From assembly GCA_965228735.1 (NCBI GenBank), contig OZ245838.1, positions 1,760,001 through 1,824,000 of the forward strand: a DNA stretch of 64,000 nucleotides, given 5' to 3'. Numbering within the stretch: the first letter of the stretch is position 1; every line of letters starts with the position of its first letter. Positions 18,949 through 27,771 of the stretch are shown in pieces. The DNA comes from Planctomycetota bacterium (lineage in GTDB: Bacteria > Planctomycetota > UBA1135 > UBA2386). The notes below the pieces were generated by a model. The model ran no database searches and was not told where the DNA came from. It worked only from the letters and a program-made list of their open reading frames with translations. Made by a program: the position numbers and the translations under genes.

Positions 18949-19190
18949 GGTCATCCTTGAGGGTTGGCGAGGCGAGAGCGTCGCCGTCTTGGGTTTTGGG
19001 CCCTTCGTCGTAACACGGCGGGACGCCAGCGGGAGCAAGATTGGTCGCATTTTCGTGCCGATCCCGCCGCTGGCATCGGAGCCAGGAAGAACGCCCCGCG
19101 CCCACCCATCGGGCGCCGGCCCGTCGCCCGAACCGAGGCCCGGCCGGTCGCCGCTGCTCCTTGCCGGACGGTCACCGACTCGACGCCGGG

Positions 19191-20219
19191 CTACCAGATC
19201 GCGGTGATCCCGGCATTGCTGAACGCCGCCTGCACGCTCGACGCGGCCTGCGGGTCGAGCACGGCGAACTGGCTGTAGACGCACAGACCGCGGACCGCCG
19301 ACGAGCCGGGGATCGCGAGCCCGACCGCCGCGCTGCCGACGTTGTCGACCGTGACACCGGCGAACGCATCCGACGCAACGCGCAGCTCGCAGCCGCCGCC
19401 GAACGCGATCGGCAGCGGCGCGCCAGCCCAGTCGTTGCGGGAGAACCCGAGCGCGAACCCACCGAACGCCCCCGGCAGGGCATCGGTCGCGAGCAGCAGA
19501 TACTGCGCATTGCCTACAGCCGGCGCGCCGAGCCCCGTGTGCACCGGCGTCCGACCGGCGGTGCCCGCACAACCCGCACCGTAGGTCACGAGCTCGTGCG
19601 GCCCGAACACGAGGCGCACGGACACGCCGCCCGAGTTGAACGAGGTCGCCGGCTGGCCCGGCGTGTAGACGAAGTTGTACGCGCGTTCGACGCCGCCGAC
19701 CGTGGTGCCGAGCAGCACGCCGGGCAGTTCGAGGCGGCTCGTGACATCCACGACGACGCTCTCGCCCGGCGTGTAGAAGAACGGGTGATCGAGTTCGAAC
19801 TCGACCCACCGGTTCAGCGGGTTGCCAGCGGTGCCGCCGCCCGCGATCGTCGTGCCCGACAGATCGTTCTGCACGCGCTGGTCCGGGAGGTTGACCGCCC
19901 AATCGGGTCCGAGGCTCGGGACCGCGGTCACGCCGGCGCGCAGGACGAACGTGTCGTAGGGCGCGACGCCGCCGAGGGAGAACCCGACGCGCGTGACCAG
20001 ACCGGCCGCGACGTTCTGCTGCTGCAGGAACGCGGCCGGCACGCGCAACTGCAGACGGACGGCGTCCCCCGTCGAACCGGAACCCGTCGTGTAGAACGGG
20101 AACGAGAACGCCGGCGGGTGCGCGTGGCTGGAGTCGGGGAAGTCGACGGCCTGAGCCGCGACGGAGGCTGCGAGCAGGCTCGCGAGGAACGAACAACGGA
20201 GTGGACTGACGTGAGTCAT
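19191..20219 (-). CDS. Secreted hypothetical protein with conserved C-terminal domain
   Basis: AGGAG SD; signal peptide VAA-Q; C-terminal YGAGC...GCELRV...IP...YSQFAVLD...FSNA. Confidence 0.75.
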   Translation of the reverse strand: MTHVSPLRCSFLASLLAASVAAQAVDFPDSSHAHPPAFSFPFYTTGSGSTGDAVRLQLRVPAAFLQQQNVAAGLVTRVGFSLGGVAPYDTFVLRAGVTAVPSLGPDWAVNLPDQRVQNDLSGTTIAGGGTAGNPLNRWVEFELDHPFFYTPGESVVVDVTSRLELPGVLLGTTVGGVERAYNFVYTPGQPATSFNSGGVSVRLVFGPHELVTYGAGCAGTAGRTPVHTGLGAPAVGNAQYLLLATDALPGAFGGFALGFSRNDWAGAPLPIAFGGGCELRVASDAFAGVTVDNVGSAAVGLAIPGSSAVRGLCVYSQFAVLDPQAASSVQAAFSNAGITAIW

Positions 20220-20280
20220 GCGCACTCCTGTAGCTCGGCCCCGATGCGCGCATGTCACCACGCCGTCATTCTGGAATCTT

Positions 20281-20298
20281 TATTGCGACTGCGTCTCA
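20281..20298. promoter_or_regulatory. Fur-family-like operator, copy 2
   Basis: TATTGCGACTGCGTCTCA, 20 nt upstream of ATG 20319, in a divergent intergenic region. Confidence 0.6.
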
Positions 20299-20318
20299 GT
20301 CTCGATACCACAACGGAC

Positions 20319-22403
20319 ATGACGCTCGCTTCCTCCCCCGACCACGCCACCCCGATACTCGCAGCCGGACTGGCCCTCACAGCCGGACTGGCCCTCACAG
20401 CGCTCGCCCCGGCGCAAGCTGCCGCAACCGAAGCGGCCGCGACCAGGATCACGTCCGACGAGCACCGCTCCGCTGCGACGATCGTGCGCCCGCCCGTGAT
20501 GCCGAACGCGATCACGAGCTTCGGCGCGGCCAGGGTCGGCGGCTGGCTCTACGTCTACGGCGGCCATGTCGGCCGCGCCCACGCGCATTCGCGTGACAAC
20601 GTGCTCGGCACGTTCCAGCGCCTCAACCTCGCGGACGGATCGTCGTGGCAGGCGTTGCCCCCGGGGCCGGCGCTGCAGGGCACGGCGCTCGCTGCAGCGC
20701 CGGACGGCCGCCTCTACCGCGTCGGCGGCACCGATGCGCGCAACGAACGCGGCGCGGACGCGGACATGCACTCGACGGCGTCGGTCGCGCGCTTCGACCC
20801 GGTGACGGGCCGCTGGGAGGCCGTCACGCCGCTGCCCGAGCCGCGCTCGTCGCACGACGCGATCGTCCACGACAACAAGCTCTACGTCGTCGGCGGCTGG
20901 CACCTCGCTGGCGCGGGCGACGGCGATTGGCACGACACGGCGTGGGTCGCCGACCTCGCGGGCGAACCCCTCGTGTGGCAGCCCCTGCCGTCACCCGGCA
21001 AGCACCGCCGCGCCTGCGCCGTCGCCGCGTTCGGCGGTCGCATCGCCGTTCTCGGCGGCATCGATCCGGACCGGACGATCGCGACGGTGCAGGTCTTCGA
21101 CCCCGCGACGGACACGTGGAGCGACGGCCCCGAGCTGCCGGGCTTCGCGTTCGGCACGGCCGCACTGGGGGTCGGTGACACGCTCTACGCCACCGTGCTC
21201 GACGGTCGCGTCCTCGCGTGGGACGGCCAGGCCGAATCGTCATGGCGCGCGATCGCGCAGCTCGAGATGCCGCGATTCTTCCACCGCATGGTGCCGCTCG
21301 ACGGGCGGCGCATGCTGGCGTTCGGCGGCGCGGGCCGCGGCGGGCACATGCGGACGATGGAGACCGTCCGCCTCGACCGCACCAGTTCGGGTGCCGAGCA
21401 GCTGCCGCGGCAGAGCCCGGAGATCAGGGAGTGGGTCATCCCCGCCCCCGGCGAGGTCGCCTACCGCCAGGCCCTGTTGCTCAGCGACAACGTGATCTAC
21501 GCCTTCGGCGGCAACCGCGGCCGGCCCGGTGAACGCTTCGCGGCCACCCAGTTCGCGGACGATGTCTGGCGCGTCGAACTCACGACGATGTCGGCGAAGC
21601 TCGCGGGTCGCCTCCCCGCGGGCCGGCAATCGGCCGCCGTTGCCAACTGGGGTGGCCGACGCGAGAACGTGATCCTCGGCGGACTCGGCGTCGCGAACGC
21701 GGAAGGCGCGGTGCAGAGCCTCGCGAGCGGGTTCCGTTGGGATGCGCGCCGCAACCGGCTGCTGCCGTTCGAGGCGACGCTGCCCGCGCCGCGCACGCAG
21801 TTCCGGGTCGTGGCGCACGACGGCAGTCTGTTCGTCCTCGGCGGCGTCGATTTCCGTCCGGACCCGACCGGCGGCTCGACCGGCGACGACACGAGATCGG
21901 TTCTCACGTGTGACCCCGACAGCGAAGAACCGACGTTCGCCGCCAGCGGCATCGAGCTGCCCCGCGCTCGCCGCTCGTTCGGCGCGGCGATCCTCGGCAA
22001 CGAGTTGATCCTCGTCGGCGGGCTCGGCAAGGGCTTCGAGCATGCGGGCCCGTGCGACGTGCTCGACTTCGAGACCCGAGCGTGGCGCGAACTCGAGGCG
22101 CCGGAGCCGTGGGTGTCGCCGCAGGTGGCGACGATCGGCGATCGGCTCTACGTCGCGTGCGGCGGGACCATGCGCGGCATGAGGTTCACGAGCGACCGCT
22201 CGGTGTGGAGCTACGACCGCACGAACGGTTGGCAACGCATCGTCAGCGAGCTGCCGTTCGCCGTGCGCCACGTGCAGATGCTCGGCAGCCGCAACCAGCT
22301 GCTCTTCTACTCCGCGAACGAGCCGACCCGCGACCGCATCGTCATCCGGACGCTGGTGCCCGATCCCGATGTGCGGGTCCTCGAGGCCGGCTTCCACCGG
22401 TAG
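20319..22403 (+). CDS. Secreted Kelch-repeat protein (probably two propellers)
   Basis: Repeated LYVxGG/W motifs (WLYVYGG, KLYVVGG, IYAFGG, LFVLGG); signal peptide with an 18-bp tandem duplication at 20362-20397. Confidence 0.88.
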   Translation: MTLASSPDHATPILAAGLALTAGLALTALAPAQAAATEAAATRITSDEHRSAATIVRPPVMPNAITSFGAARVGGWLYVYGGHVGRAHAHSRDNVLGTFQRLNLADGSSWQALPPGPALQGTALAAAPDGRLYRVGGTDARNERGADADMHSTASVARFDPVTGRWEAVTPLPEPRSSHDAIVHDNKLYVVGGWHLAGAGDGDWHDTAWVADLAGEPLVWQPLPSPGKHRRACAVAAFGGRIAVLGGIDPDRTIATVQVFDPATDTWSDGPELPGFAFGTAALGVGDTLYATVLDGRVLAWDGQAESSWRAIAQLEMPRFFHRMVPLDGRRMLAFGGAGRGGHMRTMETVRLDRTSSGAEQLPRQSPEIREWVIPAPGEVAYRQALLLSDNVIYAFGGNRGRPGERFAATQFADDVWRVELTTMSAKLAGRLPAGRQSAAVANWGGRRENVILGGLGVANAEGAVQSLASGFRWDARRNRLLPFEATLPAPRTQFRVVAHDGSLFVLGGVDFRPDPTGGSTGDDTRSVLTCDPDSEEPTFAASGIELPRARRSFGAAILGNELILVGGLGKGFEHAGPCDVLDFETRAWRELEAPEPWVSPQVATIGDRLYVACGGTMRGMRFTSDRSVWSYDRTNGWQRIVSELPFAVRHVQMLGSRNQLLFYSANEPTRDRIVIRTLVPDPDVRVLEAGFHR

Positions 22404-22457
22404 CCGGGCCGTGCCGTTTCGGCTTCCGCCCCCGGCCGGCGACCGACGAAGCGGCCC

Positions 22458-22874
22458 CTACTCCGCCGCTCGATCCGCCACGAGGAACCGCAGCACGGCG
22501 GGGACCATCGGCCGCCAGTCCGTCCAGCGGTGGCTGCCGTCGTGCCAGTTCTCCCAGAACCCGCGCTCGCCGTCGGGCACGCAGATCACGCAGCGCGGCG
22601 CGCGGCCCGCCGTGATCTCCGCATCGAGGAACGGACCGAACCCCGCGCGATCGAAGCAGTCCTCGTCGTCGCCACCGCCGTGCAGGAACAGTACGAGCGG
22701 GAGCTGTTCGTCGGGCCGCCAACCCGGCGGCGTGTAGACGGCGTAGGTCATCTCGCGCGCCATCGCCGCGCTCGGGAGCGAACCGTAGGTGAGATGACGT
22801 TCGAAACTGGCGCAGGCCGCGAGCGGCAGGAGCGCTGCGGCGGCGAGAACGCACGATGGCCGGAGAACACGCAC
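22458..22874 (-). pseudogene. Esterase-family lipoprotein with apparent in-frame internal deletion
   Basis: Lipobox LAAC; YAVYTPPG...LPLVLFLHGGG N-half joined directly to a C-terminal H-x-W-x-x-W...LRFL segment; no GxSxG; only 138 aa. Confidence 0.55.
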
Positions 22875-23042
22875 TGCCGGGCGACGTTAACTGCGCACCC
22901 GACGTTGCAGAAGCGGCCGACGACACCGAGCACGCGCAGGTCGAAGCGCTGGGGCGCGAAGGCGACGAACCCCGAGTACCACCGGGTCCGGGCGCGGTAA
23001 CGGAACTGCGTTGCGCCCGCGTTTTCGCTACGCTCCGCGACG

Positions 23043-24182
23043 ATGAAACCGTCGCTGCTCGTCCTCTCCCTCGCCGCGGTCACCCTCGCCGCCTGCTCCA
23101 CGATGACCGACTCCAGCCCCGCTTCGGCGAACCACGAACCCGTCTCGATCCGCCCCTTCGGCGTCGCCCGGAGCGGGCAGCCCGCCACGCTGTGGACGCT
23201 GCGCACCAAGGGCCTCGAGATCGACGTCACCGACCACGGCGCGACGCTCGTCGCGGTGCGCGCGCCGGACGCCGCGGGCACCCTCGGCGACGTGATCCTC
23301 GGCTTCGACGACGTGGCGGGCTACGAGTCCGAGGACAACCAGTACTTCGGCTGCACGACCGGGCGCGTCTGCAACCGGATCTGCAAGGGCAGGTTCTCGC
23401 TCGACGGCAACGACTACACGCTCGCCGTCAACAACGGTCCCAACCATCTGCACGGCGGCGTGCGCCGCAGCTTCGACAAGGTGCACTGGGAGTCCGAGAT
23501 CCTCGCGCGTGGCGATGCGCCCGCGATCCGATTCACGTATCGCAGCCCCGAGGGTGAAGAGGGTTACCCCGGCACCGTCGACGCCGTCGCGATCTACCGC
23601 CTCGACGCCGAGGGCCTGCATATCACCTACGAGGCGATGACCGACGCGCGCACGCCGATCAACATCACCAACCACGCGTACTGGAACCTCGCCGGCGCCG
23701 GTTCGGACACGGTGCTCGATCACACGCTGCGGCTGAACTGCGAGTCCTACACGCCGACCGACGACACGCTGATCCCGACCGGTGAGCTCGCGCCGGCGCG
23801 CGGCCCGCTCGACTTTCGCGAACCCAGGCGCATCGGCGACGCGATCCACCAGCTCGACGACACGCCCGCCGCGGGCTACGACCACAATTACGTGATCACC
23901 GAGTCGCCGAACGAGATGCGTCACGCGGCGACGCTGCGGGCGCCGAGCACGGGGCGGGCGATCGAGATCTGGACGGATCAGCCCGGGATCCAGTTCTACT
24001 CCGGCAACTACCTCGCCGGGCAGCGCGGCAAGGGCGGCATGAGCTACGCGCACCGCAGCGCGTGCTGCCTCGAGACGCAGTTCTTCCCCGACAGCGTCAA
24101 CCACCCGAACTTTCCCGACACGATCGTCGAGCCCGGCGCCACCTACCGCTCCCGCACGACGATCAAGTTCGCGTATCGTTAG
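23043..24182 (+). CDS. galM: Aldose 1-epimerase (mutarotase), lipoprotein
   Basis: GRVCNRI, NHLHGG, EEGYPG, NITNHAYWNL, GYDHNY, CLETQ; lipobox LAAC. Confidence 0.95.
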   Translation: MKPSLLVLSLAAVTLAACSTMTDSSPASANHEPVSIRPFGVARSGQPATLWTLRTKGLEIDVTDHGATLVAVRAPDAAGTLGDVILGFDDVAGYESEDNQYFGCTTGRVCNRICKGRFSLDGNDYTLAVNNGPNHLHGGVRRSFDKVHWESEILARGDAPAIRFTYRSPEGEEGYPGTVDAVAIYRLDAEGLHITYEAMTDARTPINITNHAYWNLAGAGSDTVLDHTLRLNCESYTPTDDTLIPTGELAPARGPLDFREPRRIGDAIHQLDDTPAAGYDHNYVITESPNEMRHAATLRAPSTGRAIEIWTDQPGIQFYSGNYLAGQRGKGGMSYAHRSACCLETQFFPDSVNHPNFPDTIVEPGATYRSRTTIKFAYR

Positions 24183-24196
24183 GCCCGGACCGAATC

Positions 24197-25180
24197 ATGC
24201 TTCGCCGCTGCCCCATCGCACGAACCGTCGCCGCCACGCTCACAGCGCTGCTCACCGGCGGTGACGCGGTCGCGCAGACGCCGTCGTTCGACGTGCTGCG
24301 CACACCGCCGCGCGGGCTCCCGCCGATGCCCGCCCCGGTCGGCTACGAACCGACCCGGGCGATGTTCGATCTCGGGCAGCTGCTCTTTCACGACGCGGTG
24401 CTCAGCAGCGACCGCACGGTCTCGTGCGCGTCGTGCCACCCGGCGGCGGGCTTCGCCCACGCCGATCCGCGGCCAGCCGGCGTCGGTGGCCGGCGCGCGA
24501 AGCGCCACGCCCCGACGCTGTTCAACCGCGGCTACGGCACGCTGCAGCGTTGGGACGGTCGCAGCCCGACCCTGGAAGCCTTCGTGCTCGAGCCGATCGA
24601 GGATCCGGACGAGATGGCGCTGCCGCTCGACGACGCGCTCGGGCGACTGGCCGGGGATGCGACCTACAGCGATGCGTTCCAGGCCGCGTTCGGCGGTCCA
24701 CCCGATCGCGTCGGCCTGCAGCGCGCGCTCGCAACGTTCGTGCGCGGCATCACCCGCGGCGATGCGCCCTACGACCGCTTCATCTCGGGCGACCGCGCCG
24801 CGATGACGGCGGCCGAACGCACGGGGTTCTGGCTGTTCGAGAGCAAGGCCAAGTGCTGGCAATGCCACACCCCCGGCCTGTTCACCGACGAGGCGTTCCA
24901 CAACACGGGCGTCGGATACACGCCGACGGCAGCGCCCGCCGGCCGCGCCGCGGTGACGGGCGACGCGACGGACACCGGCGCGTTCAAGACGCCGACGCTC
25001 CGCGGCGTCCGCCTCACCGCGCCCTACATGCACGACGGCTCCGTGCGGACCCTCGAGGAGGTCGTCGATTTCTACGCGCGCGGCGGCAACGCGAACCCAC
25101 ATCTCGACGCGCGCATGCGACCGCTCGAACTCAACGCCGCGGAACGCACGGCGCTCGTCGCGTTCCTCCGCTCCCTCTGA
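24197..25180 (+). CDS. Di-heme cytochrome c peroxidase/MauG family protein
   Basis: CASCH and CWQCH; FKTPTLR, TAPYMHDG. Confidence 0.92.
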   Translation: MLRRCPIARTVAATLTALLTGGDAVAQTPSFDVLRTPPRGLPPMPAPVGYEPTRAMFDLGQLLFHDAVLSSDRTVSCASCHPAAGFAHADPRPAGVGGRRAKRHAPTLFNRGYGTLQRWDGRSPTLEAFVLEPIEDPDEMALPLDDALGRLAGDATYSDAFQAAFGGPPDRVGLQRALATFVRGITRGDAPYDRFISGDRAAMTAAERTGFWLFESKAKCWQCHTPGLFTDEAFHNTGVGYTPTAAPAGRAAVTGDATDTGAFKTPTLRGVRLTAPYMHDGSVRTLEEVVDFYARGGNANPHLDARMRPLELNAAERTALVAFLRSL

Positions 25181-25202
25181 CGGCCGGCGAGCGGCCGGGC
25201 GC

Positions 25203-27056
25203 TCACTGCGAACCCAGCTCCGGGCAGTCGAGCAGGCCGTCCTCACCGACGGTGCCGTCCTCGAACACGAGCGTGCGGTCGCCCGGCCGGCCTTCCATCG
25301 TGAGTCGCAACATCGTTCCGGCCGGTGAGGTCGCAGTGGCGGCGTCCGGCCCCACGATCGTCAGCGCGACGGCGAACGGCGGCGGCTCGGCACTCGGGCG
25401 GCAGGACGTGAACTTCCGGCTGCCGCGCCAGCGGACCTGCAGGATCGGTGCGTGATCCTCGAAGTCGAGCGCAAACCAGCTCTCGACCCGCCCGCGCTCC
25501 GCGATCGAACCGACGTACCGCACTCTCGCGAGGGCGCCGTGGTCCGCCAGCAGTCCGGCGACCGTCGTGCTCGCCGCGGTCGCCGCCGTTCCGCTCACGA
25601 AGCCGTCGTCGACGACCGTCGCATCACCGTCGGCGAGCCGCTCGAGGATGGCGATCCCGCGGTCCGCGTACTGCCCGGCCGCGGCACCGGTGCGGCCGGG
25701 CCAGACGCCTTCGAGCAGCCGCGTGGACGGTTCGACGCCGGCCGCGACGAGCTGCAGGGAGCCGCCGTCGTCGCGGATCTCGAAGCGGCCGCCGTTCGGC
25801 ACGGTGAACGTGCCGACGAAGCGCGCCGCCACCTCGGCGTCGATCGCACCGCCCGCCGTCGGACTGCCGGCCTTCGAACTGCCAGCCTTCGAAGTGGCCG
25901 TCGGCGGCGGCGTTGTTGTCGGCGCCGGCGGCTCCGAGGCACCCGCGCCGTCCCCCACACCGGGGCCGCCGCTCCGGAACGCCGGCGCGAGCACCCCGAC
26001 CAACGCGACCTCGACCGCGTCGAGATCGCACGTATCGCCGGCGCAGAGCACGACCCAGCTGCGGGATTCCGGGTGAATCGTCCACCGCGTGCGGTAGCCC
26101 TCACACCGACCGTCGATCCGCCGCAGACGCGTGCCGAGGAGATCCGCCTGCTCCACCCGCAACCGACCAGCCGGCACGGGCCGCCACCAGAGATCGCGTT
26201 CGCGCGCGTCGAGCAACTTGCCGCCGGTCACGCCGGCGAGCAGCGCGTGGACATCGAGCGCAGTCGCGAGCACGCCGCTGACCCCGCGTTGATGCCAGTT
26301 GAAGAACAGCTTGTCGGCGCGCTCGTCGCCCTTCAGGCTGCGGCGGGTCGTCAGGTACTTGCTCGAGAAGCTGCCACCGAGCACGTCCGCGTCCTTCATG
26401 CCGAACGGCTTCAGCACGTGCCGTCGCAGCGCGCGCTCGAAACCGCCGGCCGCGCTCTCGACGAGCAGCGCGAGCAGGATCGGGTTGAGGTCCGTGTAGC
26501 GCCGATCGACGCCCGGCTGCCCCACGACCGGCGCGTTCGCCACGGCAGCGAGGGCGAGCCGCGCGGACATGCCGCTGCCGCGCGGCCACTTGCCCTTCAC
26601 GGACATCCCGGACGAGTGGCGCAGCAGCTGGTCGATCGTCAGCTCCCGATCGGCCGGCCAGTCCGCCAAGTGGCGGCGAACCGGATCCTCGAGGGCCAGC
26701 GTGCCGTCGCTCGCGAGCCGCAGAACGAGCAGCGCCGTCAGCATCTGCCCGGCGGCGCCGAGGTCGAACAGCGATCGCGTGGACATGTCGCGCCGGCGGC
26801 GTCCGGACGTGCTGCGATCGGCCGGCCCGAACCCGCGCGCGAACACGACCTCGGCATCGCTCGCGGCGAGCATCACGCCCCAGAACGGGGACTCTTTCTC
26901 GATCTGAGAAACGGTCTCGAGCGCGGCCCGCTCGAGCTGTTCGCCGAGATCACCGCGAACCACGGTCCCAGGGGGCCGCGACTGCGCGTTCGCCGCCAGC
27001 GCCAGCACGACGGCGGTGAGTCCCGGAGCGAACACCAGAGTCCGAAGGTTGCGCAC
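25203..27056 (-). CDS. Serine hydrolase (beta-lactamase fold) domain protein with degenerate active site
   Basis: TIDQLLRHSSG, LKPFGMKD; SxxK position reads AAGQ; start GTG 27056 inferred from the signal peptide. Confidence 0.75.
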   Translation of the reverse strand: MRNLRTLVFAPGLTAVVLALAANAQSRPPGTVVRGDLGEQLERAALETVSQIEKESPFWGVMLAASDAEVVFARGFGPADRSTSGRRRRDMSTRSLFDLGAAGQMLTALLVLRLASDGTLALEDPVRRHLADWPADRELTIDQLLRHSSGMSVKGKWPRGSGMSARLALAAVANAPVVGQPGVDRRYTDLNPILLALLVESAAGGFERALRRHVLKPFGMKDADVLGGSFSSKYLTTRRSLKGDERADKLFFNWHQRGVSGVLATALDVHALLAGVTGGKLLDARERDLWWRPVPAGRLRVEQADLLGTRLRRIDGRCEGYRTRWTIHPESRSWVVLCAGDTCDLDAVEVALVGVLAPAFRSGGPGVGDGAGASEPPAPTTTPPPTATSKAGSSKAGSPTAGGAIDAEVAARFVGTFTVPNGGRFEIRDDGGSLQLVAAGVEPSTRLLEGVWPGRTGAAAGQYADRGIAILERLADGDATVVDDGFVSGTAATAASTTVAGLLADHGALARVRYVGSIAERGRVESWFALDFEDHAPILQVRWRGSRKFTSCRPSAEPPPFAVALTIVGPDAATATSPAGTMLRLTMEGRPGDRTLVFEDGTVGEDGLLDCPELGSQ

Positions 27057-27092
27057 GCGCGCAGCATAGACGGCTATGCTGCTACTGTCCTC

Positions 27093-27752
27093 ATGCGCCC
27101 CCCCTCCGCAGCACCCGTCCCCGCCGCCGCTCCCGTCGTTCGTCGCGGGCTGCACCGGTCCACGCGTTCGCCGCTCAGCGTGTTGCTCGTCGTGGTCGCG
27201 GCGTGTTGCGGACAGCGCGCCGTCGAGCCACTGCCGACCGCGGGCGGCGACCCGACCGCCGCCGTCTCACCGACCGAGGAAGCCGCGCGACCGACGGTGC
27301 GGGTCGACCGCCTGCATCCGCTCGCCCATCGGCTGCTCGACGACACGGCGACGGACCAGGATCTGCGCGCCGCCCGCGCCGAGCCCGATCCGGTCGTCAA
27401 CGACCTCCTCACCCTGGCGCTCACGAGCGACGCGAGCGCGGTCAGCCGCGCGACCGCGGCGCTCGAACGGGTCGGCCCGGAAGCGGTCTCGGCACTGACG
27501 ACCGCGCTCGGCTCGGGTGACGTCCGTCGTCGCCGCATCGCGGCGCTCGCGTTGCTGCAGCTCGCGGCCGAGTTGCACAGTCGCCCCGACGCGAGTCAGC
27601 CCGACCTCGCAGCCGCGCTCGCCGCGGCCCGCGCGGACAGCGACCCGGCCGTCGCCGCCGCCGCCAAGCACGCGCACCGCCGCCTCACCGGCGAGATGAC
27701 GCTCGTGCAGTCGACGCGCACGCCGCCGAGCGCGCCGGCGAACGAACGCTGA
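27093..27752 (+). CDS. HEAT-repeat putative lipoprotein
   Basis: VAAC; ALERVGPEAVSALTTALGSGDVRRRRIAALAL; DSDPAVAAAA. Start uncertain. Confidence 0.6.
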   Translation: MRPPSAAPVPAAAPVVRRGLHRSTRSPLSVLLVVVAACCGQRAVEPLPTAGGDPTAAVSPTEEAARPTVRVDRLHPLAHRLLDDTATDQDLRAARAEPDPVVNDLLTLALTSDASAVSRATAALERVGPEAVSALTTALGSGDVRRRRIAALALLQLAAELHSRPDASQPDLAAALAAARADSDPAVAAAAKHAHRRLTGEMTLVQSTRTPPSAPANER

Positions 27753-27771
27753 GGCGCACCTCGACCTCGGC

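Noticed and set aside
19045..19061. Minus-strand sigma54 promoter (TCGGCACGAAAATGCGA)
   Set aside because: GG-GC spacing is 9 nt rather than the required 10.
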